In this document: in pieces, positions 1 through 8,113 of the stretch
Layout of the letters: the number at the start of each line of letters is the position of its first letter
Position numbering within the stretch: the stretch's first letter is position 1
Source: Cryomorphaceae bacterium
GTDB lineage: Bacteria > Bacteroidota > Bacteroidia > Flavobacteriales > Schleiferiaceae
Length of the DNA stretch: 64,000 nucleotides
Assembly: GCA_021298655.1 (NCBI GenBank)
Contig: JAJTFK010000002.1
Coordinates: 3,378 to 67,377 of the forward strand
Direction: 5' to 3'
Notes under the pieces: model-generated
Told to the model about the DNA's origin: nothing
The model's input: the letters and a program-made list of their open reading frames with translations, nothing else
The model's database searches: none
Program-made: the position numbers and the translations under genes

Positions 1-2667
1 CGGGAAGTCAAACCCAGATGGGTTGCGCGCGGGGCCAACTGGACGATTGCCGCACCCGGGGCGGTGCGCATCGATCCAACCTACGTGTTCAGCAGCTTCA
101 GCGGTTCGTTGAGCGACAACTTTGGGTACACCGCCACCTACGACCTCAAGGGCCGAACCTGGCTTGGCGGCGTGGCCTTTGGCACTCAGTATCCGACCCA
201 AAACGGCGTCCAGGCCAATTTTGGGGGCGGAGGCGTCGACATGGTCTTGATGCTCTTTAATCCGAGCGGAACGGGAATCATTTCGTCGACCTACCTCGGC
301 GGCGGCGGAATGGAGCAGCCCCACTCGCTGCGCGTTGCGCCCAACGGGGACCTCGTGATCAAGGGCATCACGAATTCCGTGAACTTCCCGGTGTCGGCCA
401 CGGCCTTCGACACCAGCATGGCCGTTAATACCGGGGCTGGAAGCCAGAATGGCGGCGGCGTTTCCTATTCGTCCGCGACCGATTTGGCCCTGATTCGCCT
501 TGATTCGACGGGTACCAACCTCAAGGCATCAACCTTTTACGGTCGACTGGGATTCGACGGCATACAGGACCCGAGTTTGCCCCACTACGGCGATCCGGCC
601 CGAGGCGACCTGTGGGTGGATTCCCAGGGCATTTGGATTGCTTCGGCCTCGCGTTCGCGCGGAATGGCCACGTGGCCCTTGGACACGTCTCGGGGTGGTG
701 CCGTCGACGGAATTTTGGCCCACTTTAGTCCCAATCTCGACAGCCTTCGCTGGGCTACCTACGTGGGCGGACCCGACCTCGACGGCCTAACGTCGCTGAT
801 TCCCACGCCAACGGCCCAGGGAGTTCGCCTTGCCGTAGTCGGTTGGACCCAAGGCATGGGCACGCTGTCGGGCAACGCGGTGTTTTCGGTGCCGGTTCCC
901 CAGAGCCAAGCCTACTATGCGCTGGTGCACCCCCAAACCGGGCAGCGGCTCGCCGAAACCTACCTACAGCCCCAATTTTGCACGTCCTACGGCTTTTTGG
1001 CCGCCCAAAACCCCGCGGGTGCCTACGCGGCGGTTGGCGATTCGGGGGCGGTGCTCCTTTCCCTCGGGCTGGGCCCCGCCTGCACCGGGTCGGGCGGATA
1101 TTCGGGCCCCTTGGCCCCAACCGCCGGCGTCTGGCAAAATCCGAACTCCACCCAGGTACTCTGCTGGATTTCGGCACAAGGCGACAGCATTTACCGCACC
1201 CAATACCTGGGCAACGGCCAACTTAACCGCCGGATTTCCCCCACTGCCCTTCAAGTGGACGAATGCGGATCAGCCTACTTCTCGGGCTGGTTCGGTGGGC
1301 TTAATGGCGGCACCATAACCGGTCTCTACACCACGCCCAACGCCCAGCAGCCGACCACCGACGGGCGTGATTTTTACTTTTTGGTGCTGGACCGTCGTGG
1401 CGACCCTGCCTACGCTTCCTATTTCGGCGGAACGGGTCCAGTGGACGAGCACGTCGACGGAGGAACGTCGCGCTTTGACCCCAACGGCGTGATCCACCAA
1501 GCGATCTGCGCGGGCTGCGGGGGCAGCGACAACCTTCCCATTTTTCCGCCCAACGCCCATTCCGCGGTCAACAATTCGAGCAACTGCAACATGGCGGGCC
1601 TGCAAATTGCGTTTGAACTCCTCGAGGCCAAGTTGGACCTGAACTTGAGCGCCGACACGCTCTGCGCGGGCGATACGCTTCGATTCAGCGGCACCCTGAG
1701 CCGGGTCGACCAACTCAACGTCAACTGGGGCAACGGGCTCACGTGGAACGGCGCGCCCATTCCGCTCCCAAGCCAGCAGATGCTGGTCCCCGGGACCTAC
1801 ACCGTGACCGTGCTGGGGCTGGACACGCTCTGCCTGACCCAAGCGCAGCAAACCTTCACCGTACACGTGCTGCCCGGCACGTCGGTACTGGCGGATGCCG
1901 TTTTGGCCTTCGACCCCTGCGACCCCAATCGGGAGTTAAGCCTGGCGCCCGGTCCCAATCTGAGCGCCCAATGGCTGGTCCTCTATGGGATTAACGGTTC
2001 CGTGGATACGATTCCGGCACCCTATTCTTGGACGGGCACGTCGCTCACAAATACCTATTCGGCCTGGCTCGTGGCCTACGACGACGTCTGCGGACGGCGC
2101 GACAGCAGCTTCATTCAAGCGGAATTTCGTCCGCCCTTGAGCGTTCCGGGTGCCCAGGTTTCGGCGCCCAATTGCTTGGACGGCAGCCCTGTGCGCGGAC
2201 TGGGCATTCCGGGCAACGCGACGGCCTCGTACTGGCGACTTCCGGACGGGGGCCAAATTCCCGGGTTTAACGTTCAATGGTTGCCCGCAGCAGGAACCCA
2301 AACGGCGTGGTTTGTGGTCGCCGACACGGTCTGCGGCACCAAGGACTCGGTCCAGGTCACCTACCAGATTTTGGGCGAAGACCTCGATAGCCTAACCCTG
2401 CCCAACGTCTTTACGCCCAACGGCGACGGCATCAACGACGCTTTGGCACTGCGCGCTGCCGAAGGCCAGGCGCTCGACCAATTGGTTCTGGTTATCTACA
2501 CGCGCTGGGGTCAGGAAGTCTACCGCACCAGCGACCCCAACTTTGCCTGGGACGGCCGGTACCTCGGACGCCTGCTTTCGCCCGGGGTCTACCTCTACCA
2601 CGCCACCTGGCAAAGCGCCTGCGGCAGCAGCGGGGACCAGCACGGAGCCCTGACCCTTAACCTTTAG
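1..2667 (+). CDS. Secreted or cell-surface protein with a T9SS type-B (gliding-motility-associated, CHU_C-like) C-terminal sorting domain; 5' end cut by the window edge
   Basis: Frame 1 is open from nt 1, and the listed start at 64 is an in-frame GTG. The C-terminus NVFTPNGDGINDALAL...YTRWGQEVYRTSDPNFAWDGR...GVYLYHATW is the hallmark type-B CTD. The upstream part has NFPVSATAFDT-type propeller-like repeats and HVDGGTSRFDPNGVIHQAICAGCGG. Confidence 0.8.
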   Translation, partial: REVKPRWVARGANWTIAAPGAVRIDPTYVFSSFSGSLSDNFGYTATYDLKGRTWLGGVAFGTQYPTQNGVQANFGGGGVDMVLMLFNPSGTGIISSTYLGGGGMEQPHSLRVAPNGDLVIKGITNSVNFPVSATAFDTSMAVNTGAGSQNGGGVSYSSATDLALIRLDSTGTNLKASTFYGRLGFDGIQDPSLPHYGDPARGDLWVDSQGIWIASASRSRGMATWPLDTSRGGAVDGILAHFSPNLDSLRWATYVGGPDLDGLTSLIPTPTAQGVRLAVVGWTQGMGTLSGNAVFSVPVPQSQAYYALVHPQTGQRLAETYLQPQFCTSYGFLAAQNPAGAYAAVGDSGAVLLSLGLGPACTGSGGYSGPLAPTAGVWQNPNSTQVLCWISAQGDSIYRTQYLGNGQLNRRISPTALQVDECGSAYFSGWFGGLNGGTITGLYTTPNAQQPTTDGRDFYFLVLDRRGDPAYASYFGGTGPVDEHVDGGTSRFDPNGVIHQAICAGCGGSDNLPIFPPNAHSAVNNSSNCNMAGLQIAFELLEAKLDLNLSADTLCAGDTLRFSGTLSRVDQLNVNWGNGLTWNGAPIPLPSQQMLVPGTYTVTVLGLDTLCLTQAQQTFTVHVLPGTSVLADAVLAFDPCDPNRELSLAPGPNLSAQWLVLYGINGSVDTIPAPYSWTGTSLTNTYSAWLVAYDDVCGRRDSSFIQAEFRPPLSVPGAQVSAPNCLDGSPVRGLGIPGNATASYWRLPDGGQIPGFNVQWLPAAGTQTAWFVVADTVCGTKDSVQVTYQILGEDLDSLTLPNVFTPNGDGINDALALRAAEGQALDQLVLVIYTRWGQEVYRTSDPNFAWDGRYLGRLLSPGVYLYHATWQSACGSSGDQHGALTLNL

Positions 2668-2679
2668 GCCCCATGGCAC

Positions 2680-2710
2680 AAAAAAAGCGCAGCCCTTGCG
2701 GAGCTGCGCT
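2680..2710 (-). terminator. Rho-independent terminator downstream of fumC
   Basis: On the minus strand it reads AGCGCAGC-loop-GCTGCGCT followed by seven T (A-run 2680-2686 on plus), and it lies just after the fumC stop at 2735. Confidence 0.65.
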
Positions 2711-2734
2711 TCGTGGAGGAGGAGCGGATGCGCC

Positions 2735-4132
2735 TTAGTGCCCGACCATGTCCTCGGGGCGAACCCAGGCGTCGAATTCTTCGGCCGTTACGTGCCCCAG
2801 CTTGAGCGCAGCTTCCTTGAGCGTGCTGCCCTCGGCGTGGGCCGTCTTGGCGATTTTGGCCGCTTTGTCGTAGCCGATGTGGGTGTTCAACGACGTCACC
2901 AGCATCAGCGAATTCTCGAGGTGTCGCTGAATCACCGGGTAGTTGGGTTCGATTCCGGCCGCACACTTGTCGGTGAACGAAACACAGGCATCGCCAATCA
3001 ACCGGGCGCTCTGCAGCACGTTGGCCGCAATCAGGGGCTTAAACACATTGAGTTCGAAATGTCCGGTTGCGCCGCCGAGGGAAACCGCCACGTCGTTGCC
3101 GATCACTTGGGCCGCAACCATGGTCAGTGCCTCGGGCTGGGTCGGATTGACTTTGCCGGGCATGATGCTCGATCCGGGCTCGTTGTCGGGAATAACAATC
3201 TCGCCAATTCCGGAGCGCGGACCCGAAGACAGCATGCGGATGTCGTTGCCAATTTTCATCAGCGAAACCGCCACGCGCTTGAAGGCGCCGCTGAGTTCCA
3301 CCATGGCATCGTGGGCCGCCAAGGCCTCAAACTTGTTCGGAGCCGTTTTAAACGGCAAACCCGTGAGTTCCGCGATTTTTGCGGCCACCGCCACGTCGTA
3401 TCCCTTGGGGGTGTTTAGGCCCGTTCCGACGGCGGTTCCGCCCAGTGCGAGCTCCGAAACCATGACCAGCGCGTTTTCGATGGCACGGATTCCGTTGTCG
3501 AGCTGCTGTACGTAGCCGCTGAATTCCTGGCCCAAGGTGAGCGGCGTGGCGTCCATAAAGTGCGTGCGCCCGGTTTTAACGACGTCTTTAAAGGCTTTGG
3601 CTTTGGCGTCGAGTTCGTTGCGCAGGTGGCGCAGGCCGGGCAGCGTGGTTTCGACCGTTCGCTGGTAGGCCGCGATGTGCATGGCCGTAGGGAAGGTGTC
3701 GTTGGACGACTGCGACTTGTTGACGTCGTCGTTGGGGTGAAGCACCTTTTTTTCGTCAAGGAGCGAGCCGCCGCTCAGCACATGACCGCGGTAGGCCACG
3801 ACCTCGTTGACGTTCATGTTGCTCTGGGTGCCCGAGCCGGTCTGCCAAATCACCAGCGGAAATTCCCCGTCGTGCTGACCCGTCAGGATTTCGTCGCAAA
3901 CCCGGCCAATGAGCTCGGCCTTGTCGGCGGCCAAAACACCCAGGTCGCGGTTCGTCAGGGCGGCAGCTTTTTTCAGGTAGGCAAAGGCCCGAATGATCTC
4001 CTTGGGCATGCTGCCCTCGGGGCCAATTTTAAAGTTGGTGCGCGAACGCTCCGTTTGGGCGCCCCAGTAGGCGGAAGCGGGCACGTGGACTTCGCCCATC
4101 GTGTCGCGCTCAATGCGGGTTTGTGTGCTCAT
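2735..4132 (-). CDS. fumC: Class II fumarate hydratase
   Basis: 465 aa with an ATG start. N-terminus [25 protein letters not shown] and the signature [13 protein letters not shown] are present. Confidence 0.95.
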   Translation of the reverse strand: MSTQTRIERDTMGEVHVPASAYWGAQTERSRTNFKIGPEGSMPKEIIRAFAYLKKAAALTNRDLGVLAADKAELIGRVCDEILTGQHDGEFPLVIWQTGSGTQSNMNVNEVVAYRGHVLSGGSLLDEKKVLHPNDDVNKSQSSNDTFPTAMHIAAYQRTVETTLPGLRHLRNELDAKAKAFKDVVKTGRTHFMDATPLTLGQEFSGYVQQLDNGIRAIENALVMVSELALGGTAVGTGLNTPKGYDVAVAAKIAELTGLPFKTAPNKFEALAAHDAMVELSGAFKRVAVSLMKIGNDIRMLSSGPRSGIGEIVIPDNEPGSSIMPGKVNPTQPEALTMVAAQVIGNDVAVSLGGATGHFELNVFKPLIAANVLQSARLIGDACVSFTDKCAAGIEPNYPVIQRHLENSLMLVTSLNTHIGYDKAAKIAKTAHAEGSTLKEAALKLGHVTAEEFDAWVRPEDMVGH

Positions 4133-4136
4133 GGAG

Positions 4137-4144
4137 CAAAATTA
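4137..4144 (-). promoter_or_regulatory. Bacteroidota -7 box TAATTTTG for fumC, 4 nt from the ATG
   Basis: The minus strand reads TAATTTTG-CTCC-ATG, which matches the TAnnTTTG consensus. Confidence 0.5.
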
Positions 4145-4156
4145 CGCCCGACTTGG

Positions 4157-4194
4157 GGCGCAAAGAATTGGTGGATGTCACCTATCTTTGCGCC
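4157..4194. repeat. Perfect 10-nt inverted repeat GGCGCAAAGA-N18-TCTTTGCGCC in a divergent intergenic region
   Basis: Read directly: arms at 4157-4166 and 4185-4194. The right arm overlaps the TATCTTTG box. Confidence 0.9.
4183..4190 (+). promoter_or_regulatory. -7 box TATCTTTG upstream of the small ORF at 4232
   Basis: Matches TAnnTTTG and lies 41 nt before the ATG. Confidence 0.45.
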
Positions 4195-4231
4195 ATTACG
4201 AATTGATTGTCCCTGTCAACCCAGCGCAACT

Positions 4232-4393
4232 ATGAAATTTCTCGGATTCCTTCTCGCCATTATGATCATCCTCACTGGATTCAGTATGCTGGTCTTTCTT
4301 GCGCTGTTTGTGGGTTACTGGTTGACCCTCATCGGTTTGGAGCGCGTGATGCCCGAGCGCATCTACAAGTGGCTCGAAGGCGCGAAGCGCTAA
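4232..4393 (+). CDS. Small (53 aa) two-helix membrane protein, function unknown
   Basis: ATG at 4232, inside a longer ORF-track entry. Sequence is MKFLGFLLAIMIILTGFSMLVFLALFVGYWLTLIGL. It has its own -7 box upstream and a strong hairpin terminator downstream. Confidence 0.5.
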   Translation: MKFLGFLLAIMIILTGFSMLVFLALFVGYWLTLIGLERVMPERIYKWLEGAKR

Positions 4394-4414
4394 CATCCAT
4401 CTGCGAAAAAGTAC

Positions 4415-4441
4415 AAAGGCGCCCATTGGGCGCCTTTTTTT
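4415..4441. terminator. Bidirectional rho-independent terminator between convergent genes
   Basis: GGCGCCC-ATT-GGGCGCC stem (4418-4434) followed by seven T. A-rich on the other side for the minus-strand gene that ends at 4459. Confidence 0.7.
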
Positions 4442-4458
4442 GTTTGTCGGGGTCGTGT

Positions 4459-5544
4459 TTAGACAAAATCTTCGCCCCGCCGCATTTTGACGTCGTTGAC
4501 GAACTGCTTGATTTCCTGTTCCTTACTTCTCGGACACACCAGAAGTCGGTTTTCGCTCAAGATCACGATGTAGTCTTGCAGGCCGTCAACCACCGCCACC
4601 ACATGCTCGGGTATTAGGTAGGTATTGCCCGTGGCGTCGTACGAAAGGACGTGCGAACCTCCGCCGGTATTGCCCGCTGCATCCGTAGCGCGCTGCTCGT
4701 GGACGGCGCCCCAGCTTCCCAGGTCGGACCAGCCGAACTCGGCCGGCATAACCAGAACCTGCTTGGCTTTTTCAAGAATGCCGTAGTCAATGGACTCGTT
4801 GGGGCACTCGCCGTACATGGAATCGATGAAGTCCGCTTCCGTCGGCGTGCCGTAGTGCGCCCAACCGGCGTTGAAGGCCGCGTACATCTCGGGCATGTGC
4901 TTTTCAAACGCACTTAAAATGGCGTTGGCATTCCACACAAATATCCCGGCGTTCCACAAAAACTCGCCGGTGGCAATGAATTGCTCGGCCATCTCGCGGT
5001 TCGGCTTCTCGGTAAACGTTTTAACCGGGTGCACGTCGGCGGCGTATTCGCTCTTTTCCGGGCGGAACTGAATGTATCCGTAGCCCGTTTCGGGACGGAT
5101 GGGGTTCATGCCCAGGGTCATTAAGACGTTGTGTTCCGCCGTAGTGCGCAACGCGGACTTCAGCCTCGCGGTAAATTCCGCCTCGTTGGTGACCAAGTGG
5201 TCGGCCGGCGTCACCACGAAGTTGGCCAAGGGGTCGCGCTTTTTCAATACAAAACCGGCATACGCCACGCAGGGTGCGGTGTTTCGCCGAGCGGGTTCCG
5301 CCAAAATGCGCTGGCGGTCAAGTTCCGGAAGCTGCTCCAAGCAGGCCGCTGCGTAGTCCGCGTGCGTGACCACGTAAATGTGGTCGGCCGGGACGACCGA
5401 CTTCATCCGTCGAAAGGTTTGCTGAAGGAGGGTCTCGCCGGTGCCCAAAATGTCGAGAAACTGCTTGGGTTTGCGCGAGGTCGAGGTTGGCCAAAAGCGC
5501 GAACCGACTCCGCCCGCCATGATTACGGCATAGTTGTGTTCCAT
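4459..5544 (-). CDS. Mannose-1-phosphate guanylyltransferase (nucleotidyltransferase type, no cupin or PMI domain)
   Basis: 361 aa with an ATG start. The N-terminus AVIMAGGVGSRFWPTSTSRKPKQFLDILG is the sugar-nucleotidyltransferase G-rich loop. Confidence 0.85.
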   Translation of the reverse strand: MEHNYAVIMAGGVGSRFWPTSTSRKPKQFLDILGTGETLLQQTFRRMKSVVPADHIYVVTHADYAAACLEQLPELDRQRILAEPARRNTAPCVAYAGFVLKKRDPLANFVVTPADHLVTNEAEFTARLKSALRTTAEHNVLMTLGMNPIRPETGYGYIQFRPEKSEYAADVHPVKTFTEKPNREMAEQFIATGEFLWNAGIFVWNANAILSAFEKHMPEMYAAFNAGWAHYGTPTEADFIDSMYGECPNESIDYGILEKAKQVLVMPAEFGWSDLGSWGAVHEQRATDAAGNTGGGSHVLSYDATGNTYLIPEHVVAVVDGLQDYIVILSENRLLVCPRSKEQEIKQFVNDVKMRRGEDFV

Positions 5545-5563
5545 AGCCCGTTGGGTTAGTCGG

Positions 5564-5571
5564 CAAAGGTA
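5564..5571 (-). promoter_or_regulatory. -7 box TACCTTTG for the guanylyltransferase gene
   Basis: TAnnTTTG on the minus strand, 19 nt from the ATG at 5544. Confidence 0.5.
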
Positions 5572-5589
5572 GGGAAGTCCCCGAGGTCG

Positions 5590-5597
5590 TACCTTTG
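5590..5597 (+). promoter_or_regulatory. -7 box TACCTTTG for the adk-obg operon
   Basis: TAnnTTTG, 37 nt before the ATG at 5635. Confidence 0.5.
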
Positions 5598-5634
5598 CCG
5601 CCTCGACTGTTTTCGGTCAATTACGCACCATCCG

Positions 5635-6207
5635 ATGAAAAACATTGTACTCTTTGGCCCTCCAGGGGCGGGAAAGGGCACGCAAAGTGCGCTGCTCGTC
5701 GACGAATTTGCGCTGGTCCACCTGTCTACGGGCGATATTTTTCGCCGCAACATTCGCGAAGCCACCGAGTTGGGTCGATGGGCGAAGTCGTTCATGGATC
5801 AAGGCCAGTTGGTGCCCGACGACGTAACCATTGCCATGCTCAAGGACGAGTGGTCCAAGCACCCCGGGGCGGCTGGCTTCATTTTCGACGGTTTTCCGCG
5901 CACGTCCGCACAGGCCCAGGCCCTGGACGAGCTGCTTGCCGACTCGGGAACGGGCGTAACGGCCATGATTGGCCTAGAGGTCGACGACGAGGAATTGGTC
6001 AAGCGCCTGCTCGAGCGCGGCGCCACGTCCGGCCGCGCCGACGACGCCAACGAAGACGTTATTCGCCAGCGCCTTGCTGTGTACTACCGCGAAACCGCCC
6101 CCGTGCAGTCCTACTACGAAGCCCAAGGCAAGTACCGTGGACTCAGTGGCGTGGGCAGCATCGACTCCATTACCGCGAATCTTCGCAGCCTCATTCAATC
6201 GCTTTAA
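5635..6207 (+). CDS. adk: Adenylate kinase (short-lid type)
   Basis: 190 aa. Contains the P-loop MKNIVLFGPPGAGKGTQS and DGFPRT. Confidence 0.95.
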   Translation: MKNIVLFGPPGAGKGTQSALLVDEFALVHLSTGDIFRRNIREATELGRWAKSFMDQGQLVPDDVTIAMLKDEWSKHPGAAGFIFDGFPRTSAQAQALDELLADSGTGVTAMIGLEVDDEELVKRLLERGATSGRADDANEDVIRQRLAVYYRETAPVQSYYEAQGKYRGLSGVGSIDSITANLRSLIQSL

Positions 6208-6219
6208 CTCGTTACTTAA

Positions 6220-7233
6220 GTGGCCGATTCCAATTTTATTGACTACGTCAAGGTCTTCTTGCAGTCGGGCCACGGAGGCGGCGGCAGCCGCCACTTCTTT
6301 CGCGCCAAAGGCCTGCCCAAGGGCGGACCCGACGGCGGAGACGGCGGTCGCGGCGGCCACATCATCTTAGAGGCAAACCCCCAAATGTGGACGCTGATCC
6401 ACCTCAAGTACCGCAAGCACATTAAAGCCGACCCGGGCGAAAACGGCAACCGAAACCTGCGCATCGGGGCCAGCGGGGAAGACATCGTGCTCCAAGTTCC
6501 GCTCGGTACCGTAGTTAAGGACGCCGAAACCGGCGAACTCCTGTGCGAACTCACCCAAGCCGGTGAGCGCAAGGTCTTCCTGCCTGGAGGTCGCGGAGGC
6601 CGCGGCAACGCCTTCTTCAAAAACTCGGTCAACCAAGCCCCCGAACACGCCCAACCCGGTGAACCCGGTCACGAAGGCTGGTTCCTGCTCGAGCTCAAGG
6701 TGCTGGCCGACGTGGGACTGGTGGGCTTTCCCAATGCCGGCAAGTCCACGCTTTTGAGCGCGGTAAGCGCCGCCAAACCAGAAATTGCGGACTACCCCTT
6801 TACCACCTTGGTGCCCAACTTGGGCGTGGTGGCCCACCGCGACTACACCTCCTTCGTCATGGCCGACATCCCTGGCCTCATCGAGGGAGCTGCCGAGGGG
6901 CGCGGACTCGGTCACCGCTTTTTAAAGCACATTGAGCGCAACGCCTTGCTGCTCTTTCTCGTGCCCTGCGACGCCCCCGACGTAGTCGAACAGTACCATA
7001 TTCTGCTCGGAGAACTCGAGCGCTTTAATCCCGAACTGCTCACCAAGCGCCGCGTGCTCGCCATCTCCAAGACCGACATGCTCGACGAAGAGCTTTTGGG
7101 CCAGCTCTTGAACGAGGCGAAGCCGCGCTTGCCCAAGGACCTGCCCCTTACTACGTTCAGCAGCGTGACGGGTCAGGGTCTCGACCGCCTGAAGGATTTG
7201 CTATGGGATTCCTTGAATCGCTCGATCGACTAG
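6220..7233 (+). CDS. obg: GTPase Obg/CgtA
   Basis: 337 aa with a GTG start at 6220. It has an N-terminal glycine-rich Obg fold (GGDGGRGG) followed by G-motifs GFPNAGKST and DIPGLIEGA. Confidence 0.93.
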   Translation: MADSNFIDYVKVFLQSGHGGGGSRHFFRAKGLPKGGPDGGDGGRGGHIILEANPQMWTLIHLKYRKHIKADPGENGNRNLRIGASGEDIVLQVPLGTVVKDAETGELLCELTQAGERKVFLPGGRGGRGNAFFKNSVNQAPEHAQPGEPGHEGWFLLELKVLADVGLVGFPNAGKSTLLSAVSAAKPEIADYPFTTLVPNLGVVAHRDYTSFVMADIPGLIEGAAEGRGLGHRFLKHIERNALLLFLVPCDAPDVVEQYHILLGELERFNPELLTKRRVLAISKTDMLDEELLGQLLNEAKPRLPKDLPLTTFSSVTGQGLDRLKDLLWDSLNRSID

Positions 7234-7754
7234 ACCGCGAGGCCTTCTTCGCCCTCGCCGGGCAGGGCGGTCCCATGGCCGACACGGTCTTTGCCGTGAT
7301 TTCCAGTACCTGGGCCGCCGTCGCCGTGTGGTTTCTGTTATGGGCCATGCGCCGCCGCGACGTCGATATGGCCTCATGGATTTGGCTGCTGATCGCGATG
7401 CTCGCCGCCTATGCGCTCGCCGATTGGACGTCCAGCGCCCTCAAAGAACTTCTCGCTCGTCCCCGTCCCTGCTGGGAACTTGAAGGCAGGTTTCGCTTGG
7501 TGGGCCGATGCAAGGGCCAATTTGGACTGGTGTCGGGCCATGCGGCCACTACCTGGGCCCTACTTACCGTTTTCTGGCGCAGCCAACCGCCTCGAGGCCT
7601 CGCGGCATTGGCCCTGCTTTGGTCGCTGTCCGTGCCCGTTTCGCGCATCTACCTCGGCGTTCACTACCCCGGCGACGTGCTCGCGGGCGCCCTCGTGGGC
7701 ATCGCGCTGGGTGCCCTCATCCTGCGAATCCGTCCCCTACCTTCCCGCGCATGA
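7203..7754 (+). CDS. PAP2-family phosphatase (membrane lipid-phosphate phosphatase)
   Basis: 183 aa, ATG at 7203, overlapping the obg 3' end by 31 nt. PAP2 motifs KELLARPRP, SGHA and SRIYLGVHYPGDV are present. Confidence 0.75.
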   Translation: MGFLESLDRLDREAFFALAGQGGPMADTVFAVISSTWAAVAVWFLLWAMRRRDVDMASWIWLLIAMLAAYALADWTSSALKELLARPRPCWELEGRFRLVGRCKGQFGLVSGHAATTWALLTVFWRSQPPRGLAALALLWSLSVPVSRIYLGVHYPGDVLAGALVGIALGALILRIRPLPSRA

Positions 7755-8113
7755 ACGCACTCGCCGTGGCCTTGGGCGGAGCCTTTGGCAGCCTTCTTCG
7801 CTGGAGCCTGACCCTTTTGCTCCGGCGGGCAGACGCCCCGTTGCTGACCGCCTCGGCCGCAACCCTGCTTGCCAACGTCGCCGCGGCGGCCTTTTTGGGG
7901 TACCTGATGGCCCGTCCCCCGGCGGACGCGCGCGTCCAACTGGCACTGGCTGCCGGCGTCTGCGGTGGATTCAGTACCCTGAGCACGTTCAGCTGGGAAG
8001 CGCTGCAGTGGGCCAAAACGGGATCCTGGCTGCTGGCCTTCGGCTACATCTCGGCAACCATGCTACTCAGCTTGGGTGCGGCGGCGGCGGCCTACGCGCT
8101 AGCGAATAAGTAG
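7751..8113 (+). CDS. crcB: Fluoride channel CrcB/FluC
   Basis: ATG at 7751 in an ATGA overlap with the PAP2 stop; 120 aa. Contains GGAFGSLLRW and GVCGGFSTLSTFSWE. Confidence 0.85.
   Translation: MNALAVALGGAFGSLLRWSLTLLLRRADAPLLTASAATLLANVAAAAFLGYLMARPPADARVQLALAAGVCGGFSTLSTFSWEALQWAKTGSWLLAFGYISATMLLSLGAAAAAYALANK

Larger units (their letters stand above)
5561..5600. repeat. Perfect 11-nt inverted repeat CGGCAAAGGTA-N18-TACCTTTGCCG made of two back-to-back -7 boxes
   Basis: Read directly: arms at 5561-5571 and 5590-5600. Confidence 0.9.

Noticed and set aside
5595-6242. 215-aa Arg-rich ORF overlapping adk out of frame
   Set aside because: Its composition (R/P/G-rich) is typical of an off-frame read of a GC-rich gene, and adk occupies the locus convincingly.
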